From: a bacterium
GTDB lineage: Bacteria > BMS3Abin14
Direction of reading: 5' to 3'
Assembly: GCA_029210965.1 (NCBI GenBank)
Contig: JARGFZ010000003.1
Span: 55,893-119,892, forward strand
Length of the DNA: 64,000 nucleotides
Positions 59,421 to 64,000 of this stretch are shown piece by piece. The translations under genes and the position numbers were made by a program. Numbering within the stretch: the first letter of the stretch is position 1; each line of letters begins with the position of its first letter. Below the pieces are notes generated by a model that was not told where the DNA came from, did not search any database, and saw only the letters and a program-made list of their open reading frames with translations.

Positions 59421-61121
59421 TTATTGGACGCTGATCTCATATTTAAAATTACCTGTGGTCCGGTAACCATCAATTCTGACGGCGATTCCTCTTGTCTTAA
59501 CCTCTCTGAAAGTGAAAGAACAAGTCTGCCCGATATTATCCTTGCCTTTGGCGAACTCACAGTTCCACGGTGTCCAAAAATGTCCCCAATCTCCCATGTA
59601 ACCAACCACTGTTGCTCTGGATCCTCCGTCAATTTTTTTTATTGTTATCGTGACAGGATCATTCGATTGCCAAAAGTGTCTAAGAAATTTCTTGTGGGTT
59701 GCGGAAACAATATTTCCCGTTCTGGATTCACCTCTTCCTGGCAATTGGACAATTGAATCATTTCTTCTGAAAACATTTGCCGATAAAGGGAAATTGTCCA
59801 TGCATGAATAATAAAATCCCATTCTCATGTTTGCCGGAAAGTTTTGGATCGCATTCCGGTTACAAGGCAGTTCCCCTCTGGGGGTATTGACAGTCACGGT
59901 AAAAGTTCCAGTAGTGCCGCCAGCTACAGGAGTGTTCCCTATCGCCGCGTTGCCATTCAAGATGTTATAGATATAAGGAGCATTTATATTCCCGCTAACG
60001 TATTTCCAGGTAGAAAGTGGTTTGTTCTGGCCGTTGTAAATAGTTTCCCACGATTGAGTTTGCCATGGTTTTACACGCCATTCCTGAGCTGCAGCTGTTG
60101 CACTCGGGGAAACAAGTGTTGCCCCAATTGTCATTGTTGAACCACTATCTGAATCCTGGGTCGTTGTGCTTGATTGCGACGGTGATGAGCCTTGCTGCTG
60201 ATCAGCCTGGGTCGCTGTTGGCTCCACCGGTGTCGCCACAATGGGAGCAGGGCCGGAGGAACGCTGACCGCTTACCGGCGTCACGGTCCCCTGGACAGGT
60301 GTTCCTGTTATGAGAGGAGGCGATGACTGCTGCTGATCGGCCTGGGTCGCCGTGGGCTCCACCGGCGTGGCGACAACGGGAGCGGGGCCGGAGGAACGCT
60401 GACCGCTTACCGGCGTCACGGTCCCCTGGACAGGCGTTCCTGTTATGAGAGGAGGCGATGACTGCTGCTGCCCGGCCTGGGTCGCTGTGGGCTCCACCGG
60501 TATCGCCACAATGGGAGCAGGACCGGAGGAACGCTGACCGCTTACCGGTGTCACGGTCCCTTGAACCGGTGTACCGACGATAGGCGTCGGAGAGGCCGGC
60601 TGGGGGGCGGGAACAGGGGGAGGTGTCCATCCGCCTCCGCTGGCGGGCGGACTGGCTCCCCACTGCGGCGCGGGAGCTTGATTAGAGGGCGGAGGGGCGG
60701 CGCCTCCGGGTTCACTCCACTGGCCCCCGCCGTCATTGGCGGGCTGGCCGTTATTCTGGCCGGCTCCGGGCTCCGGCCCCATGGATGCCGGCCAATAGAC
60801 GGTGATGGTCACTGTGGACCCGAGCATGGTTATCCCACCAGCGCCTGGTTCCTGATCGATGACCGTGCCCTCTCTCCCGGCGAGATCCTCCCTGTATTTC
60901 CTGGCGTACACGATACTCGGCTCGACCCCGGATTGCTGCAGGACGGCCATGGCATCTGACTCGTACATCCCGACAACGCCCGGCACCCGGATCATCTCAT
61001 CGGCCGCCTGATTGTAACGCTGCTGGCTCGGGCCCCGGTCGAGAGCACCGCCAAGTCCCGCCGCAGGGAGCAACAAACCGAACATGGGCAGGACGATATA
61101 AACAAGTCTGCTAAATTTCAT
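59421..61121 (-). CDS. secreted protein: PASTA domain + Pro-rich linker + 3 tandem 41-aa repeats + Cys-containing C-terminal domain
   Basis: ATG 61121 with aggagg RBS; PASTA-like VPGVVGMYESDAMAVLQQSGVEP...GTVIDQEP; three near-identical ~123-nt DNA repeats at 60195..60565. Confidence 0.7.
   Translation of the reverse strand: MKFSRLVYIVLPMFGLLLPAAGLGGALDRGPSQQRYNQAADEMIRVPGVVGMYESDAMAVLQQSGVEPSIVYARKYREDLAGREGTVIDQEPGAGGITMLGSTVTITVYWPASMGPEPGAGQNNGQPANDGGGQWSEPGGAAPPPSNQAPAPQWGASPPASGGGWTPPPVPAPQPASPTPIVGTPVQGTVTPVSGQRSSGPAPIVAIPVEPTATQAGQQQSSPPLITGTPVQGTVTPVSGQRSSGPAPVVATPVEPTATQADQQQSSPPLITGTPVQGTVTPVSGQRSSGPAPIVATPVEPTATQADQQQGSSPSQSSTTTQDSDSGSTMTIGATLVSPSATAAAQEWRVKPWQTQSWETIYNGQNKPLSTWKYVSGNINAPYIYNILNGNAAIGNTPVAGGTTGTFTVTVNTPRGELPCNRNAIQNFPANMRMGFYYSCMDNFPLSANVFRRNDSIVQLPGRGESRTGNIVSATHKKFLRHFWQSNDPVTITIKKIDGGSRATVVGYMGDWGHFWTPWNCEFAKGKDNIGQTCSFTFREVKTRGIAVRIDGYRTTGNFKYEISVQ
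60195..60565. repeat. 3 x ~123-nt in-frame tandem repeat inside the PASTA-domain gene
   Basis: seen directly; encodes SPPLITGTPVQGTVTPVSGQRSSGPAPIVATPVEPTATQADQQQ x3. Confidence 0.9.
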
Positions 61122-61172
61122 GAGAGATCCTCCTGGACGTGATGCAACGGTGTCCACAATCAGACTGTTCCA

Positions 61173-62474
61173 CTATGGGGCTGATGGCTCCCCCTTAGGC
61201 GGCAAGTCCGGCCCCGGCTTGAAAGTGCTGCCGGGGAGGTTCGGAGCGCTCCTGGGTTTGAACACGGTTGTCGGTGAAGTTGGCTTTCCTACCGGTGATA
61301 CCGGTGTTTGCACCCGTGATGGCGGATTAGAAGCGGTGGAAACACGCTGCAGCCAATAGCTGCCTCCCCTGTTGACCATACCGGAGGTGGTGTCGTAAAG
61401 CTGCCTTTCGGTCAGTTTGCCGCAGCTCGCGTCCGCGTCGTAGATCCTCATGGTCGAAGCCTGGTAAGCAGCGTTTGCGGTGGGGACCTTTGTCTGCAAG
61501 GTGTGGAACAGGTAGTTTCCGGATGGGCTTCTGGTGATCGTTCCCTCGCCGCCCGTGGGTGCCCTCTGGGCCGACAGGTGGGTGGCGCGGTAGGTAACGC
61601 TGCCGCCTGCCGTGAAGATCTGCTCAAATTGCCATCCTGTGGTCCTGGTCCCGTTGTTGTAACCGTCCCATGCCCCGGAAAGATCACACTGCGCCGCACC
61701 GCCAGTGGTCCCTGTACCGCTGGCGGGCACCCTGGATGCAGTGCGCGGATCAACAGGTGTAAACTGTGTGCCTCTGGTCCCCTGGCTGGCATCTCCTCCC
61801 CCCCAGACAGGACCGGTCCCGCCGGAAACTGTATTATCAACGCATTGTATGTTGGCTCTTAAAGTCACCGTTTTCTCCGGTACTCTCCGGCCGTAAATGA
61901 ACGATCCCAGAGTTTGAACAAAATCAAAGCGAATCTCCTTTTCCAGAACCGCCGATTTGCCAGGGATAAATACCGGAGGGGCTCCTGACGGGAACTGGCC
62001 GCCGGAGGTGTTGTTCACAGAACGCATGGGAATATCGAAACAGACCGAATTGATGTCCTGCTCCCGAAACGGCTGTCCGGATATCTCCAAACCAGTAAAG
62101 GTGCACAAGGGGGTGTCCAACTCCCCGTAACCCACACGGTAATAATATGGGTTATTACCTAATGATACGCTTCCCGGCTCCATGTGAACGGCAGAAACAT
62201 AATTGATCTTTCTGCAGCGCTTTGTAATCCCACGAGGCTCTTCCACACGGGATACCTGGAAAGTAATACTGTTATTTCCTGAAAAACCTCCCTGGGGATG
62301 CACCTCGAAATTAAACTCCTGCTGGGAGGTAGTAACGGTCTCCACGCTTGATGCCGCGCCCATGGCGGTGTCGGAAAGACCCGTTACCAGGAAAAGGGCG
62401 ACAGCGGCTGCCCACACAACGGGGAAGCTTCCCGCTCGCAGCATCAGTTTTTTTTCAGCATTCAATAACCTCAT
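61173..62474 (-). CDS. hypothetical secreted protein (Gly/Thr-rich)
   Basis: aggagg RBS, signal peptide; ATGA-type 4-nt overlap with the upstream gene. Confidence 0.6.
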   Translation of the reverse strand: MRLLNAEKKLMLRAGSFPVVWAAAVALFLVTGLSDTAMGAASSVETVTTSQQEFNFEVHPQGGFSGNNSITFQVSRVEEPRGITKRCRKINYVSAVHMEPGSVSLGNNPYYYRVGYGELDTPLCTFTGLEISGQPFREQDINSVCFDIPMRSVNNTSGGQFPSGAPPVFIPGKSAVLEKEIRFDFVQTLGSFIYGRRVPEKTVTLRANIQCVDNTVSGGTGPVWGGGDASQGTRGTQFTPVDPRTASRVPASGTGTTGGAAQCDLSGAWDGYNNGTRTTGWQFEQIFTAGGSVTYRATHLSAQRAPTGGEGTITRSPSGNYLFHTLQTKVPTANAAYQASTMRIYDADASCGKLTERQLYDTTSGMVNRGGSYWLQRVSTASNPPSRVQTPVSPVGKPTSPTTVFKPRSAPNLPGSTFKPGPDLPPKGEPSAP

Positions 62475-63712
62475 GGCACCCTCCTTATGGCCTTATCCAC
62501 GGTTCCGTTGGTACGGCCCCCCTCGATCAGGTGAATCTGCCGTATCCAGGCATCCTGTCCCGGGCTCTGGCCTCCGGCAACAGACACCGATTTGATCACC
62601 TGGGGGCCAGGGGTAAGGTCCATCAATTCACTCTCGAAAAAAAACCATTTACCAATCGTTATCTGGACAACACCGTCAGCAGGACTTGACTGGCGATGGG
62701 TCGTGAACCTTGTGCGGTAAGCCTCATCACCACAGTGATCTTTACCCTCAGAATCCAGATAGCAGATGGAAAGCTCAATCGCCCCGGCATCGGTCTGTGA
62801 CAGGCCCCCCGGATCCTTGTCGATACGCAGTTCCATCTCCAGGACAAGGGACCCCGCATCCCGGACTTCCCTCTGTATCACCTGCTTGACACCGGACCGA
62901 AGGGCCTTGCTGTCGCTCCAGATCCGCAGCCCATCTTTTCCGGATGCCACATGATCGACAGCGTCCCCATCCTCCCCCTCGGAAAACAGATCCCATCCCT
63001 GCAGACCCTGGCTGAAATCTCCGTTAAAGATCAGACCTCCCCCGGGACGCCAGTCGGTCCCTGGTCCGTTGTCAGGACCACGGGCATCATAGGGGTATTC
63101 CACAACGTATTGGACCTGGTCTGTTGTCTGCGGCAGGAATAGGTCCGACGGTCCGCGCAGGTAGGTGATCCCTGTTCCCACATGGTTCATGGGCCGGACG
63201 GCCGGGGTGGTCAGGTACATGAAATGACGGAAACGGCTTGTGGGCCCGGCGCCGCGAGGTCTGGCCTGGACGGCCACAAATGCCAGGTTACCCCGGCTGC
63301 GATCGGAGACGCCCACTCGCCACCGGTATTCTATCCAGTCCGGATCCGTGCGGACAACCGGGCCCAGAGGCAGTTTGTAGCTCCTGGCCTCGGGGTCGTA
63401 GGGCCAGCGGTCAAAAAGCTCGGCAGAAAGTTCCTTCCCGGCATCGGCCCGATAGCGCAGCCCCAGAGTGTAATCGAGCCCGGGTTCCAGATCCACCAGA
63501 TAGATGGTGTTGTAGCCGTTCCCAAGGGGGCCTGACCGGTCCAGCGGCGTGTCGGCCCTGTTAAACCCTTGCCCTTCGTACCACTGACCGGTTGCGGGCA
63601 ACTGTATGGCCCGCCACTGAATATCCGCCCCCCTCTGGCCGGCCCTGCCGAAGACAGGCAGGAGTAAAAGGGGAATCACAAGTGCAGTAGCGATCCTGAA
63701 AACCGGATTCAT
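62471..63712 (-). CDS. hypothetical secreted protein
   Basis: aggag RBS, signal peptide MNPVFRIATALVIPLLLLPVFG; co-oriented and tightly spaced with flanking genes. Confidence 0.6.
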   Translation of the reverse strand: MNPVFRIATALVIPLLLLPVFGRAGQRGADIQWRAIQLPATGQWYEGQGFNRADTPLDRSGPLGNGYNTIYLVDLEPGLDYTLGLRYRADAGKELSAELFDRWPYDPEARSYKLPLGPVVRTDPDWIEYRWRVGVSDRSRGNLAFVAVQARPRGAGPTSRFRHFMYLTTPAVRPMNHVGTGITYLRGPSDLFLPQTTDQVQYVVEYPYDARGPDNGPGTDWRPGGGLIFNGDFSQGLQGWDLFSEGEDGDAVDHVASGKDGLRIWSDSKALRSGVKQVIQREVRDAGSLVLEMELRIDKDPGGLSQTDAGAIELSICYLDSEGKDHCGDEAYRTRFTTHRQSSPADGVVQITIGKWFFFESELMDLTPGPQVIKSVSVAGGQSPGQDAWIRQIHLIEGGRTNGTVDKAIRRVP

Positions 63713-63721
63713 CAGCCGCTC

Positions 63722-64000
63722 CTATTCTTCATACCGGCTCACGATCTTTTCCACCGCCTCGTCGATGCAGTCGCGAAGGGCCTTGTCGATCCCCTCTTTC
63801 TTGTCGTGAGCGATCCCTAGGTTCGCGCCTTTCAGCTTTTTCTTCCCGAAAAGTTTTCCCAGACCGGAGGCGGAGAAACCGCCCTCCGAGATCTTTTTCC
63901 TGACGCTGACAGCATCGAGGACTTTCCCTGTTTTGGCATCCAGAACCCGCACGTCAAGGCCGATCTCGGCATTTTCACCGCTGGTTTCCACACCCACACC
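63722..64000 (-). CDS. CsgG-like lipoprotein (C-terminal part; gene continues beyond the window end)
   Basis: …GVGVETSGENAEIGLDVRVLDAKTGKVLDAVSV… resembles the C-terminal beta-strand region of CsgG-family secretion channels; reading frame is open to the window edge. Confidence 0.45.
   Translation of the reverse strand, partial: GVGVETSGENAEIGLDVRVLDAKTGKVLDAVSVRKKISEGGFSASGLGKLFGKKKLKGANLGIAHDKKEGIDKALRDCIDEAVEKIVSRYEE

Noticed and set aside
1-64000. tRNA / rRNA genes
   Set aside because: A scan for T-loop-like GGTTCGAATCC and related motifs and for rRNA-like conserved blocks found nothing convincing. The TTCGAA occurrences lie inside tandem repeats.

Overview
This 64-kb window looks like a contig from an anaerobic, metal- and sulfur-metabolising bacterium (Desulfobacterota-like gene content, about 57% GC). 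I can support roughly 70 protein-coding features and found no rRNA, tRNA or CRISPR array.

Confidently recognisable genes: cold-shock protein, ICMT-family methyltransferase, DUF302, an ECF sigma / zinc-finger anti-sigma pair, a VWA protein, SagB-type dehydrogenase, cyanase (cynS), a 4Fe-4S QueG/RdhA-like protein, RarD, a MocR-family regulator, MFS and LysE transporters, an FmdB zinc-ribbon protein, a Lon-like protease with a degenerate Walker A motif, a TetR regulator, a ferredoxin-nitroreductase fusion, a K+ channel, GDT1/UPF0016, DoxX, an octaheme cytochrome c, a two-component system, DUF134 plus a NifX-like protein, msrB and msrA, two DUF169 proteins, PilZ, two tandem DUF4412 paralogues, an OmpA-family protein, an ankyrin-repeat protein and a partial CsgG-like gene at the window edge. 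Many start codons are uncertain.

Main findings, in order of interest:
- A small secreted ORF wedged between msrB and msrA has a signal peptide and an HMA/MerP-like fold. It carries an in-frame TGA at the position of the metal-binding loop, followed 22 nt later by a GC hairpin with a GG-containing loop. I read this as a candidate selenoprotein.
- A rhodanese-like gene has the same TGA-plus-hairpin arrangement.
- An hgcA-hgcB mercury-methylation pair sits in the same window: hgcA has the NVWCAAGK cap-helix motif, hgcB is a 2x[4Fe-4S] ferredoxin with a C-terminal Cys-Cys tail. A TetR regulator and a nitroreductase lie nearby.
- Several dispersed repeat families: a roughly 150-bp MITE-like element in two copies with terminal inverted repeats, apparent target-site duplications and compensatory stem changes; a REP-like element with ends gagattgccacg...ctcgcaatgaca in four copies; and a roughly 95-nt repeat.
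- Most intergenic regions contain degenerate 6-8-nt short tandem repeats.
- A decayed region (42.2-44.9 kb) holds a truncated response regulator and a frameshifted, deletion-bearing histidine kinase.
- A standalone FtsH-like M41 peptidase domain.
- A cell-envelope island (48.8-64 kb) of secreted hypothetical proteins, including an ankyrin-repeat protein with an HExxH motif, ending in a CsgG-like gene.

Three +1/-1 frameshifts in otherwise good genes, each at or near a G-run, suggest homopolymer indel errors in the assembly. Pseudogene calls that rest only on frameshifts are therefore tentative.
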